From an uncultured Clostridia bacterium (GTDB lineage: Bacteria; Bacillota; Clostridia; Christensenellales; CAG-138), in NCBI GenBank assembly GCA_947168565.1, contig CAMVMM010000009.1, positions 22,292-86,291 on the forward strand: DNA of 64,000 nucleotides, in the 5' to 3' direction. The number at the start of each line of letters is the position of its first letter. Position 1 is the first letter of the stretch. This document shows, piece after piece, positions 17,906 through 26,583 of the stretch. The position numbers were made by a program, and so were the translations under genes. Under the pieces are notes generated by a model. The model did no database searches, was not told the DNA's origin, and saw only the letters and a program-made list of their open reading frames with translations.

Positions 17906-19600
17906 ATGAAAAAGATAGTCATAGTTGGCGGCGTCGCCGGCGGCGCCACGGCCGCCGCACGCATCCGAAGGCTGGATGAAAGCGCTCGGATAATCGTGTT
18001 TGAGCGCTCGGGCTACGTTTCCTACGCAAACTGCGGTCTACCGTATTATATCGGCGGCACCATCGAGGAGGAATCTGCGCTCACCCTTCAAACCCCGGGC
18101 GGCTTTTTCAAAAGATTTTGCATTGACGTGCGCGTGCATCACGAGGTGAAGGCGATAAACAGGGAGAATAAAACCGTTTCCGTTGTAAACCTTGAAACGG
18201 GCGAAGAATTTGAGGAAAGCTACGATAAGCTCATCCTCTCCCCGGGCGCGAGGCCCGTTGTGCCTGCGCTTGAGGGCGTGAACGATCCGCTCGTTTTCAC
18301 GCTGCGCACGGTTGAGGACACGCTTAAAATACGCGGCTTTATTGAAAAAAACAAGCCCGAATCGGCGGTTGTGGTCGGCGGCGGCTTCATCGGGGTCGAG
18401 CTTGCGGAAAACCTGAAGGAGCTTGGGCTTGAGGTTTCCATAGTGGATATGCAGCCGCAGCTTATGAATCAGCTTGACGGCGATATGGCGGCATTTGTGC
18501 ACGCGAAAATGCGCTCCAAGGGAATAAACCTGCTGCTTGAGCGCGGTGTGAAGGCGTTCAGAGCGAAGGATGGAGCTATCGAAACCCTGCTTGGCGAGGG
18601 CGAGGTGCTTAAATCGGATATGGCGGTGCTATGCATCGGCGTTTCACCCGATACGAAGCTTGCTGCGGACGCCGGGCTTGAGCTTGGAATGCGCGGCAGC
18701 ATCCTTGTGAACGAGCGCATGGAAACCTCGGATAAGGATATCTATGCCGTGGGCGACGCGGTGCAGGTGAAGCATTTCGTAACGGGTGAACCCGCGCTCA
18801 TCTCGCTTGCAGGCCCCGCCAATAAGCAGGGCAGGATCGCGGCGGACAATATCTGCGGCCTTGAAAGCAGCTTCGACGGCTCGCAGGGCTCATCGGTCAT
18901 CAAGGTTTTCGATATGACGGCGGCTGCAACCGGCATAAACGAAAAAACCGCGAAGAGCCTTGGGCTCGATTACGAAAAGGTATTCCTTTCCCCGGCAAGC
19001 CATGCGGGCTATTACCCGGGCGGCAAGGTGATGACGATGAAGGTGCTGTTTGAGCGCGGCACAGACAGGCTGCTCGGCGCGCAGATCGTGGGTGCGGACG
19101 GCGTGGATAAGCGTATAGACGTTATCGCAACGGCGATCCGCGCGGGAATGAGGGCAAGCGAGCTTGCAAGGCTCGATCTTGCGTACGCGCCCCCGTATTC
19201 CTCCGCAAAGGATCCCGTGAACATGGCGGGCTTTATGATAGAGAATATCAATAATGGCCTTCTTACGCAGTTTCATTGGCACGACGCCGACTCCCTTCCG
19301 AGGGACGGCAGCGTAATACTGCTTGACGTGCGCACCGTGGGCGAATACGCCAAGGGTCATATCGAGGGCTTTATAAACATACCCGTGGATGAGCTTCGTG
19401 AGCGCATGGGCGAGCTTGAAAGGGGCAAAAAGGTCTATATCATGTGCCAGAGTGCGCTTCGCAGCTATATCGGCTATCGCATTCTTGCGCAGAACGGCTT
19501 TGAATGCGCGAACCTTTCCGGCGGGTACAGGCTTTATGAAACCGTGCTGAAGGATAAGCTTGCCGCAGAAAGCGCGGCATACTGCGGCAAGGAAAGCTGA
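17906..19600 (+). CDS. CoA-disulfide reductase-type flavoprotein fused to a C-terminal rhodanese domain (CoADR-RHD / persulfide reductase type)
   Basis: GGVAGGATAAAR FAD motif, redox Cys in SYANCGLPYY, second GGGFIGVE dinucleotide motif, and a C-terminal rhodanese with YIMCQSALRS. The start codon directly abuts the rhodanese TAA. Confidence 0.85.
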   Translation: MKKIVIVGGVAGGATAAARIRRLDESARIIVFERSGYVSYANCGLPYYIGGTIEEESALTLQTPGGFFKRFCIDVRVHHEVKAINRENKTVSVVNLETGEEFEESYDKLILSPGARPVVPALEGVNDPLVFTLRTVEDTLKIRGFIEKNKPESAVVVGGGFIGVELAENLKELGLEVSIVDMQPQLMNQLDGDMAAFVHAKMRSKGINLLLERGVKAFRAKDGAIETLLGEGEVLKSDMAVLCIGVSPDTKLAADAGLELGMRGSILVNERMETSDKDIYAVGDAVQVKHFVTGEPALISLAGPANKQGRIAADNICGLESSFDGSQGSSVIKVFDMTAAATGINEKTAKSLGLDYEKVFLSPASHAGYYPGGKVMTMKVLFERGTDRLLGAQIVGADGVDKRIDVIATAIRAGMRASELARLDLAYAPPYSSAKDPVNMAGFMIENINNGLLTQFHWHDADSLPRDGSVILLDVRTVGEYAKGHIEGFINIPVDELRERMGELERGKKVYIMCQSALRSYIGYRILAQNGFECANLSGGYRLYETVLKDKLAAESAAYCGKES

Positions 19601-19622
19601 GCTGAGGCGGAATGCGCTGTGA

Positions 19623-19654
19623 ATGCTCCGCTGAAAGCCCGGCGGAGCATTTTC
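19623..19654 (+). terminator. Stem-loop after the CoADR-RHD gene (weak terminator or attenuator)
   Basis: ATGCTCCGC / GCGGAGCAT 9-bp stem with only TTT downstream. Confidence 0.4.
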
Positions 19655-19692
19655 ACAGGATCATATAGGGATTTCTTGATAAGGAGGAGAGC

Positions 19693-19908
19693 ATGGCTTC
19701 AAAACGGTTTGCCAAGGCGGACAGAAGGCGCTGCGTTTCCTGCGGCGCCTGCGAAAACGAATGCCCAAGGGAGGCGATCAAGGTTTGGCGCGGCTGCTAT
19801 GCGGTGGTGGATGAAAACCGCTGCGTGGGCTGCGGCAAATGCGTGAAGGTCTGCCCTGCGGGCTGCATAGAGCTGAAGCAGAGGGACGCTGGGGAGGGCG
19901 CGAAATGA
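19693..19908 (+). CDS. 2x[4Fe-4S] ferredoxin (71 aa)
   Basis: CVSCGACENECP and CVGCGKCVKVCP motifs. Confidence 0.85.
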   Translation: MASKRFAKADRRRCVSCGACENECPREAIKVWRGCYAVVDENRCVGCGKCVKVCPAGCIELKQRDAGEGAK

Positions 19909-20525
19909 AGAAAAAGCACTGGTACGATTATCTTTGGATCTGGACGATAGTGTATTTTGCGCTGGGCTTTTTCAATATCCTTTTCGCGTGGCTCGGGCTT
20001 ATCGACTTTCTGCTGCCGCTCATATTTGCGATCTTCGGCGGAAATAAATTCTTCTGCAATCATCTCTGCGGCAGATCGCAGCTTCTCACGGTGCTTGGAA
20101 AGGGCTGTAAGCTTTCACTGTGCAGGCCCACACCCAAGTGGATGAGCTCCAAATGGTTCAGATACGGCTTTCTCGTATTCTTTTTAACTATGTTCGGCAG
20201 CATGGTTTACCAAACCTATCTCGTGTTCGGCGGCGCGGGCTCGCTTAAAGAGGTCGTGAAGCTGTTTTGGACTGTAAAGGTGCCGTGGGGCTGGGCATAC
20301 ACCGTTCACACAGCGCCGGATTGGGTCGCGCAGTTCGCGTTCGGCTTTTACAGCCTTATGCTGACCTCCGCGCTGATAGGGCTTATCGTGATGGTGCCCT
20401 TCAAGCCCAGAAGCTGGTGCGGCTTCTGCCCGATGGGCTCCATGACGCAGCTCATCTGCAAATTCAAGCAGAGGGGAAAGGCTGCTCCCGAAGCGTCGGA
20501 GTCCGATGAACCGAATGCGGCGTAA
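19905..20525 (+). CDS. Polytopic membrane protein with paired Cys motifs (annotated in databases as 4Fe-4S binding protein family)
   Basis: MKKKHWYDYLWIW..., motifs CNHLCG and WCGFCPMG, 4-5 TM segments. Its ATG overlaps the ferredoxin TGA (ATGA). Confidence 0.55.
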   Translation: MKKKHWYDYLWIWTIVYFALGFFNILFAWLGLIDFLLPLIFAIFGGNKFFCNHLCGRSQLLTVLGKGCKLSLCRPTPKWMSSKWFRYGFLVFFLTMFGSMVYQTYLVFGGAGSLKEVVKLFWTVKVPWGWAYTVHTAPDWVAQFAFGFYSLMLTSALIGLIVMVPFKPRSWCGFCPMGSMTQLICKFKQRGKAAPEASESDEPNAA

Positions 20526-20564
20526 GGCATAATTCAACAGTAAAAACCCACCCTATTGAATAAA

Positions 20565-20600
20565 ACACCCGTATGCGTGCCTGCATGCAGGTGTTTTTTG
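20565..20600 (+). terminator. Terminator between convergent membrane-protein and crp genes
   Basis: ACACC...TGCATGCA...GGTGT hairpin followed by TTTTTT. Confidence 0.55.
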
Positions 20601-20626
20601 AACCGAATAATGCAAATTGCATCCGT

Positions 20627-21289
20627 TTACTCGCCGGCGGCGCGCTCGAGCGCAGCCTTATCGAGTATAGTGACAGCGCCCCTTGAAAGCTTAACTGCGC
20701 CCTCGCTCTGGAAATACTTCAATAGCCTTGTGACCACCTCGCGGGCGGTGCCAAGATGATTTGCTATCGCCTCATGGGTGAGAAGAAGCGTGCTTGAACC
20801 GTCGAGCGCAGCCTCATCAAGCAGAAATTTCGCAATTCGCTGATCCATGCGCTTCCAAAGAAGCCGGTCGATAAGCCACATCACCTCGGTGAAGCGTGAA
20901 GCCATGATGCTGTTTGTGAAATTGGCGATCGGCGCGGACTGTTTCATCAAATCGCCGTAAATCTCCGGCGATATGAGCCAAAACTCCGTGTCGCGCTCGG
21001 CGGCGACCTGAAGGTCAAACTGAATGCTGTGCAGCATACAGGAGGCGGAAAACAGGCATATATCCCGCTCAAGCAGGCGGTAGAGCGTTACCTCGCGCCC
21101 GTCCTCCGAGGTCGTGTAAATGCGAAGCTGACCCGATGAAATGAGCAAAAGCCCCATGCAGTCCTCGCTGCCGTTGTGAAGGATCGTGCCCTCGTGCGCG
21201 CTCTTGCGAACGGCAGCGCTCTCAAGAGTGCCCCTCTGCGAAGCGGTCAGGCTCGGCCAAACGGGGAAAAAATCCGAAACGGGGATCAT
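20627..21289 (-). CDS. Crp/Fnr-family transcriptional regulator (220 aa)
   Basis: cNMP-binding beta-roll (LLLISSGQLRIYTTSEDGREVTLYRL) and a C-terminal HTH (THEAIANHLGTAREVVTRLLK). ATG 21289 lies behind GGAGG. No N-terminal Fnr-type Cys cluster. Confidence 0.8.
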   Translation of the reverse strand: MIPVSDFFPVWPSLTASQRGTLESAAVRKSAHEGTILHNGSEDCMGLLLISSGQLRIYTTSEDGREVTLYRLLERDICLFSASCMLHSIQFDLQVAAERDTEFWLISPEIYGDLMKQSAPIANFTNSIMASRFTEVMWLIDRLLWKRMDQRIAKFLLDEAALDGSSTLLLTHEAIANHLGTAREVVTRLLKYFQSEGAVKLSRGAVTILDKAALERAAGE

Positions 21290-21466
21290 ACCGCACCTCC
21301 TTTCAAATTGGCTGTGAAGCTTCGCTTTCGTTCGGATTATAGCATAACGGCGGGCGGGTTTCAACTTTGCCGGATGAATTTCGGTAAAATCAGGGAAAAA
21401 GCAATTCTTTTATAGTATAATACTCTGTGCAACTTGGGCATAAATGTGACATTTCAGCGTGATTCA

Positions 21467-21495
21467 TTGATTATTATTTCCAATGTGGGTATAAT
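21467..21495 (+). promoter_or_regulatory. Sigma-A type promoter of the ABC transporter gene
   Basis: TTGATT, a 17-nt spacer, then TATAAT, about 30 nt before ATG 21526. Confidence 0.5.
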
Positions 21496-21525
21496 AATGC
21501 AAAGGATTCCTTGGAGGACAGCTCT

Positions 21526-24500
21526 ATGCTTCAGCTTGTAAATATAACCAAACGCTATAAAACCGGCGAGCTCGTGCAAACCGCGCTGGACGGCGTGAGC
21601 CTTGCTTTTCGTGAAAGCGAGTTTGTGGCGGTGCTCGGCCCGAGCGGCTCGGGCAAAACCACGCTTTTGAATATCATCGGCGGCCTTGATCGCTACGACA
21701 GCGGCGATCTTATCATCAATTCCGTTTCCACAAAGGAATATTCCGACAGGGATTGGGACGCCTATCGAAACCATACCATCGGCTTCGTGTTTCAAAGCTA
21801 CAACCTCATCCCGCATCAGTCCGTGCTTGCGAACGTGGAGCTTGCGCTCACCATCTCCGGCGTCAGCCGCGCCGAGCGCAGAAGAAGGGCGAAGGAGGCG
21901 CTGAATAAGGTCGGCCTTGGCGATCAGCTCCATAAGCGCCCAAACCAGATGAGCGGCGGGCAGATGCAGCGCGTGGCGATTGCGCGCGCCCTTGTGAACG
22001 ATCCGGACGTGCTGCTTGCGGATGAGCCCACCGGCGCGCTCGATTCCGAAACGGGCGTTGCCGTGATGGAGCTTTTGAGGGAGGTTGCAAAAACGCGCCT
22101 CGTTATCATGGTAACGCATAACGGCGAGCTTGCGGAGCAGTACGCAACGCGCACCGTGCGCCTGAAGGACGGCAGAATAATCTCCGATACCGACCCCTTC
22201 GATCCTGCGGCGGAAGGAGCGGCGCGGGCGGAAAAGGATTTGGAAGTTACGGAAGGCAAAAAGCAAAAGACCCGGAAAAAAAGGGTCTCCATGAGCTTTT
22301 GGACGGCGCTCTCCCTCAGCCTGAACAATCTTCGCACCAAGAAGGGCAGAACGCTTCTCACGGCGTTTGCGGGCTCAATCGGCATAATCGGAATTGCGAT
22401 GATACTTTCGCTTTCAACCGGAATACACAACTACGTGTCCGATATTCAGCGGGAAACGCTCTCATCCTATCCGATAGTGCTTGAGCGCGAGCCGAACGAT
22501 ATGCTTAAATCCTTCCTTACCGCGCGGCAGGGGGACAGGGAGGAGCGCGAAAGCAGGAGCAAGGATAAAGTGTATTCCAATCCGCGCATCTACCGCATGT
22601 TTAACGCGGCGTTCACCGGCGGAAGCGAAACAAACAACGTGTCCGCGTTTAAAGCCTTCTTCGATTCAAAACTTGCGGACGGCGCATCCGACCTTTCGCG
22701 CCTCGTTTCGGCGGTGCAGTACGGCTATGAGCCATCGCTGAACGTTTATTTTATGAACGGCGAGGGCGTGTATAAGAATACCGATGTGTCCCGCTCCCTT
22801 TTCGGCGGCGAAAACGGCGAGGACTCCGTGGGCATGAGCATGTTCAGCATGGTTTCATCCCGAATGAGCAGCATGAACCTGTTTTCGGAGCTGCTCTGCG
22901 GCAGAAACGGCGAGCTGCTTGCCCCGATGGTCACGGAGCAATACGATCTGCTTGCGGGAAGCTGGCCCGAAAAGGCGGAGGAGATACTGCTTGTGCTCGA
23001 TCAGCGCGGCGAAATAAGCGACAACGCCTTTTATGCCCTGGGCTATATCGAGGAGGAGGAGCTTCGCTCAATCCTGAATTCCGTTTTCAAGGGCGAGGAA
23101 ATTGAGGAAAAAACGCGCAGCGCCGAGTTTTCGGAGATCATCGGCAAGCAGTTCAAGCTTGTGCTGAATTTTGAGCAGTACAGAAAGTCGGAAAGCGACG
23201 CCGCGCTCTGGGAGTTTATAGGCGACGACGAAAAGTCGATGGAGCTGATAATCAAAAACGGCATCGATCTGAAGATAGTGGGCATCATCAAGCCCAATTC
23301 CTCCAGCGCAATGCAGATAACCGGCGCATTCGGCTACACGAGGCTGCTTACGGACGCCATAATCGAAAAAACCGCCGCTTCGGAGCTGATAAAAGAGCAG
23401 AGCAGGAGCGAAAACGAAAACCTCGATATTATCAGCGGGCTGCCCTTCGTTATAGCGGATTCGGAGGAGCCCTCGGCCGATGAAAAGGCGGAGCTTGCGC
23501 GGGAGTATTTTTCACAGATAAACGATGCGCAGAAGGTGGATATCTACACCAAAATTCTTGCCCTTCCGGATGAAACGGAGCTTGCCGCGCTGGTGGAGGG
23601 GTATCTTGCGCAGTATCCCGACCGCGAGGCGCAGATAGAGCTTGCCTCCGCCACCTTCGGCTTCTCCAAGGATGAGATGCGCGAATACCTTGCGGATTAT
23701 ACCGACGAGGAGCTTAAAAACCTGATGGTGGAGCAGATAAGGGGCATAGTTTCCGCGCAGCAGGAGGAGGCGGCGAAGCTGCAGATCGCGCAGCTTGTGC
23801 GCGAATTATCCGAGCCGGGCGATCTTTTCGGCGTAACAGGCTACCGCGCCGTTGCCGCTATGTTTGACGCGCAGATGGCGGGGGAGAGCACCGAAAAGCT
23901 TGCTCTGTATCACGATAAATTCATGCCGGCCAAGGTTTCCGGCTCCACCCTTGCGGACAGGCTGAAGGAGTTTGGCAAAATAGACGCAAACGAGCCCGCC
24001 ACCATCAGCATCTACACCTCCTCTTTTGACGATAAGGAGGCGGTGACGGACGCGATAAAGGCGTATAACGAAGGCGTGCAGAACCCCGAGGATGCGATAG
24101 AATATACCGATTACGTTGCGCTCCTTATGAGCGGCGTTACCACCATGATAGACGCGGTGTCCTACGGCCTTATCGCGTTCGTGGCGATCTCGCTGGTGGT
24201 TTCATCCATCATGATTGGCATCATCACATATATCTCCGTGCTTGAGCGCACCAAGGAGATCGGCATCCTGCGCTCCATCGGCGCGTCCAAGCGCAACGTG
24301 CGCTCCGTTTTCAACGCGGAAACGCTCATCGTCGGCTTCTTTGCGGGGCTTATAGGTATAGGTGTTACAGTGCTGCTGTGCATACCGCTGAATATCATAC
24401 TGCGCAGGCTCACGGGCATCGAAACGCTCAGGGCGGTGCTTCCGCTCAATGCGGCCGTGGTGCTGGTGCTTATAAGCATGCTGCTGACGCTTATTTCCGG

Positions 24501-24561
24501 CCTTATCCCTGCGGGAGTTGCCGCAAGGAAGGATCCTGTAACCGCGCTTAGAACGGAATAA
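21526..24561 (+). CDS. Fused ABC transporter: MacB/LolD-type ATPase plus FtsX-type permease with a very large extracytoplasmic domain (1011 aa)
   Basis: Walker A GPSGSGKTT, signature MSGGQMQRVAIARAL and Walker B LLADEPTGALD. TM1 lies near residue 280, followed by an acidic/coiled region of about 590 aa, then a C-terminal FtsX 3-TM bundle (EIGILRSIGASKRNV). Confidence 0.85.
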   Translation: MLQLVNITKRYKTGELVQTALDGVSLAFRESEFVAVLGPSGSGKTTLLNIIGGLDRYDSGDLIINSVSTKEYSDRDWDAYRNHTIGFVFQSYNLIPHQSVLANVELALTISGVSRAERRRRAKEALNKVGLGDQLHKRPNQMSGGQMQRVAIARALVNDPDVLLADEPTGALDSETGVAVMELLREVAKTRLVIMVTHNGELAEQYATRTVRLKDGRIISDTDPFDPAAEGAARAEKDLEVTEGKKQKTRKKRVSMSFWTALSLSLNNLRTKKGRTLLTAFAGSIGIIGIAMILSLSTGIHNYVSDIQRETLSSYPIVLEREPNDMLKSFLTARQGDREERESRSKDKVYSNPRIYRMFNAAFTGGSETNNVSAFKAFFDSKLADGASDLSRLVSAVQYGYEPSLNVYFMNGEGVYKNTDVSRSLFGGENGEDSVGMSMFSMVSSRMSSMNLFSELLCGRNGELLAPMVTEQYDLLAGSWPEKAEEILLVLDQRGEISDNAFYALGYIEEEELRSILNSVFKGEEIEEKTRSAEFSEIIGKQFKLVLNFEQYRKSESDAALWEFIGDDEKSMELIIKNGIDLKIVGIIKPNSSSAMQITGAFGYTRLLTDAIIEKTAASELIKEQSRSENENLDIISGLPFVIADSEEPSADEKAELAREYFSQINDAQKVDIYTKILALPDETELAALVEGYLAQYPDREAQIELASATFGFSKDEMREYLADYTDEELKNLMVEQIRGIVSAQQEEAAKLQIAQLVRELSEPGDLFGVTGYRAVAAMFDAQMAGESTEKLALYHDKFMPAKVSGSTLADRLKEFGKIDANEPATISIYTSSFDDKEAVTDAIKAYNEGVQNPEDAIEYTDYVALLMSGVTTMIDAVSYGLIAFVAISLVVSSIMIGIITYISVLERTKEIGILRSIGASKRNVRSVFNAETLIVGFFAGLIGIGVTVLLCIPLNIILRRLTGIETLRAVLPLNAAVVLVLISMLLTLISGLIPAGVAARKDPVTALRTE

Positions 24562-24623
24562 GCGCTTTTGCAGACGAGCTGCACCCTTCGCTGCAACTAA
24601 TCAAAGCAACAGGTAAAACAAAT

Positions 24624-24657
24624 GCAAGCCCCGGTTTTTCGGGGCTTGCGCGTTTTG
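24624..24657. terminator. Bidirectional rho-independent terminator (ABC gene / rubredoxin gene)
   Basis: GCAAGCCCCG gttttt CGGGGCTTGC, a 10-bp stem with T/A runs on both sides. Confidence 0.75.
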
Positions 24658-24682
24658 TGCTGAAATATCAAATAATACAGGC

Positions 24683-24817
24683 TTATTCGGCGGGGCTGAA
24701 ATCCTCCTTGCCGACGCCGCAGAGCTCACATACGAAATCCTCGGGAAGATCCTCCCACTTGGTTCCGGCTTCGTCCTCATCGTAAACCCAGCCGCACACG
24801 TTGCAAACATACTTCAT
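24683..24817 (-). CDS. Rubredoxin, short form (44 aa), absent from the ORF track
   Basis: Own translation: [44 protein letters not shown]. It has two CxxCG knuckles and conserved aromatic residues. The GGAG SD lies 8 nt upstream, and the bidirectional terminator is downstream. Confidence 0.85.
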   Translation of the reverse strand: MKYVCNVCGWVYDEDEAGTKWEDLPEDFVCELCGVGKEDFSPAE

Positions 24818-24931
24818 AATAAAAATCTCCTTTTAGATTCTATAATTACAAACCTACCCGATTTGCTTGATTTGATTATACACGTATTGAAGCAAAATTT
24901 CAAGGCGGAAATGTGATAAAGTCACACATTA

Positions 24932-25135
24932 TCAACCGTTGCCGAGAATAGTGATAAGCGTTATCCCAAGGCTTATCAGGGTGAGTACTCCGAAAAATGC
25001 GATCCATCTATGAATGCTCGTCAGCTCTTCAAGCGAGCGCTTCTGAACCTCAAGAAGCTGCTCAAGGCTGAATGGGGCTTGATCTCCGTTTCCCTGAATG
25101 CTCTCGTTTTCAAAGCCGAAGCCGTCGTTTTCCAT
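24932..25135 (-). CDS. Small tail-anchored membrane protein, unknown function (67 aa)
   Basis: ATG 25135 lies behind AAGGAG. Acidic head (MENDGFGFENES) and one C-terminal TM (WIAFFGVLTLISLGITLITIL). Confidence 0.4.
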   Translation of the reverse strand: MENDGFGFENESIQGNGDQAPFSLEQLLEVQKRSLEELTSIHRWIAFFGVLTLISLGITLITILGNG

Positions 25136-25269
25136 AAAAATCTCCTTCCGCATAAGTAATGCTTTATGCTGAAGAAAGTATACCAAAAAGAAGCTGCTTT
25201 TTCAAGTTTTAATTATCGGAACCTAAACAATATAGTATAAATTGAACGGGCAAGCCGATCCGGCAAGCC

Positions 25270-26136
25270 TTACGGCATGGTGTACGCGACATAATCAGCT
25301 ATTTTGATAAACGGCAGCTCGCGCAGCACGGCGATCTCCTCCTCCGGCTCAGCGAAATAAACCACATGCTTCGCGCCGTCCGCCTTCGCCTGATTGAGCG
25401 ATCTGATAAGCAGCTTTTTCATCACGTCGCGGCGGAAAATTCCGTCCTTATGGTCGAAGCCGAATATCTCCATCATACCGCCGACGGTGGTAAAATACAC
25501 GCAGCCGAGCGCCTCGCCGCGCTCGCATAAAAGATAGAGCCGCCAGGGGTTTTGGGTGTTTCCGCGAACCGCTTCAAGCAGACGGTCGCTGTTCCAATAC
25601 ATATCGTCATGATCCCTGTCGTGCAGCGCACGGAAGGCGGAATAGTTTTGCTCCGTCACCTCCTCGATGCCCGCAGCCTCATCAAGCGGCGAATAGTCGC
25701 AAAAATGAAGCGCAAAGCAGGTGCTTTGATCGAGCCTTCGCAGGCCGAGCGCGGAGAGATGCGAAAGCGCCTCGGTGTTTTCCAGCGGGAAACCGAAGTC
25801 AATGCGGAAGCCCGAAAAGCGGGCTTTTGCGTACTCCAAAAATTCGTCGATCGCCTGGGCCGCGCCGCGCTTCACATTAAAAACGACAAAGGATAGATAC
25901 TTTTCTTCCTCGATCCAATAGTAATGGATAAGCCCCAGAACCTCTCCGCGATCGCAATAGAGCAGCAGCTCCTCGTCGTCCCTTTCAAGACCCGCATAGA
26001 CCCTGCTGAAAAAATCCTCCTTTGTTTTGATGCCGTCCGTATAGGTCGGAAACGAGGAATGCGCGAGGTCCTGCGAGAGCGCGTAAAACATTTCTATATT
26101 GGCGTCTATATCCGCCCTGTTCGCTTTTGTGAGCAT
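25270..26136 (-). CDS. Putative tandem GNAT-like acyltransferase (288 aa)
   Basis: Two halves each have a GNAT-like beta-bulge region (LGLIHYYWIEEE.., LGCVYFTTVGGMMEIFGF). No strong Q/RxxGxG/A motif, so the family assignment is weak. Confidence 0.35.
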   Translation of the reverse strand: MLTKANRADIDANIEMFYALSQDLAHSSFPTYTDGIKTKEDFFSRVYAGLERDDEELLLYCDRGEVLGLIHYYWIEEEKYLSFVVFNVKRGAAQAIDEFLEYAKARFSGFRIDFGFPLENTEALSHLSALGLRRLDQSTCFALHFCDYSPLDEAAGIEEVTEQNYSAFRALHDRDHDDMYWNSDRLLEAVRGNTQNPWRLYLLCERGEALGCVYFTTVGGMMEIFGFDHKDGIFRRDVMKKLLIRSLNQAKADGAKHVVYFAEPEEEIAVLRELPFIKIADYVAYTMP

Positions 26137-26300
26137 AGCCGTGCCGCCTTTTAAATTTTTAAGCTTATTATACACCTTCCAGTGCAAAGAAGCAACGCAT
26201 TCGTGGGATATTCACGCGAAATGACGATGAATAATAGCAATAATCAAAAAGGAGCGCTGCCGGTTAAGATAGCGCCCTTTCAATGCCTGAGATCAAGCGA

Positions 26301-26390
26301 TTATTTGTCGAAATACCTCTTGAGCAGACCCTCGAACGCCTTGCCATGCCTTGCCTCGTCGCGCGCCATCTCATGGACGATGTGCGTCGC
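26301..26390 (-). pseudogene. Rubrerythrin 3' remnant (last ~29 codons only)
   Basis: The minus-strand translation [29 protein letters not shown] parallels the C-terminus of the intact gene ([26 protein letters not shown]). A 19-bp identical core CCTCGTCGCGCGCCATCTC occurs at 26354-26372 and 26952-26970. No upstream coding part remains. Confidence 0.7.
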
Positions 26391-26537
26391 TTCGCGCCGC
26401 CGAACACTGCTGCGGCCTCCTAATGAGATACAGCCTTTCTTTGTAGTATGGCTGTATTCTAAGCCAAAAGGCGCAGTTTTTCAAGGCTTTCGAAAATACT
26501 ACTGCAAGAAAGATGTTCAAAAATGTATGAAGACACC

Positions 26538-26573
26538 CAATAAAGAAGGAGCAAGGCTCATCCTTGCTCCTTC
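26538..26573 (-). terminator. Rho-independent terminator after the 100-aa orphan gene
   Basis: GAAGGAGCAAGG / CCTTGCTCCTTC, a 12-bp perfect stem followed on the minus strand by TTTATTG. Confidence 0.7.
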
Positions 26574-26583
26574 AAAAATGGTA

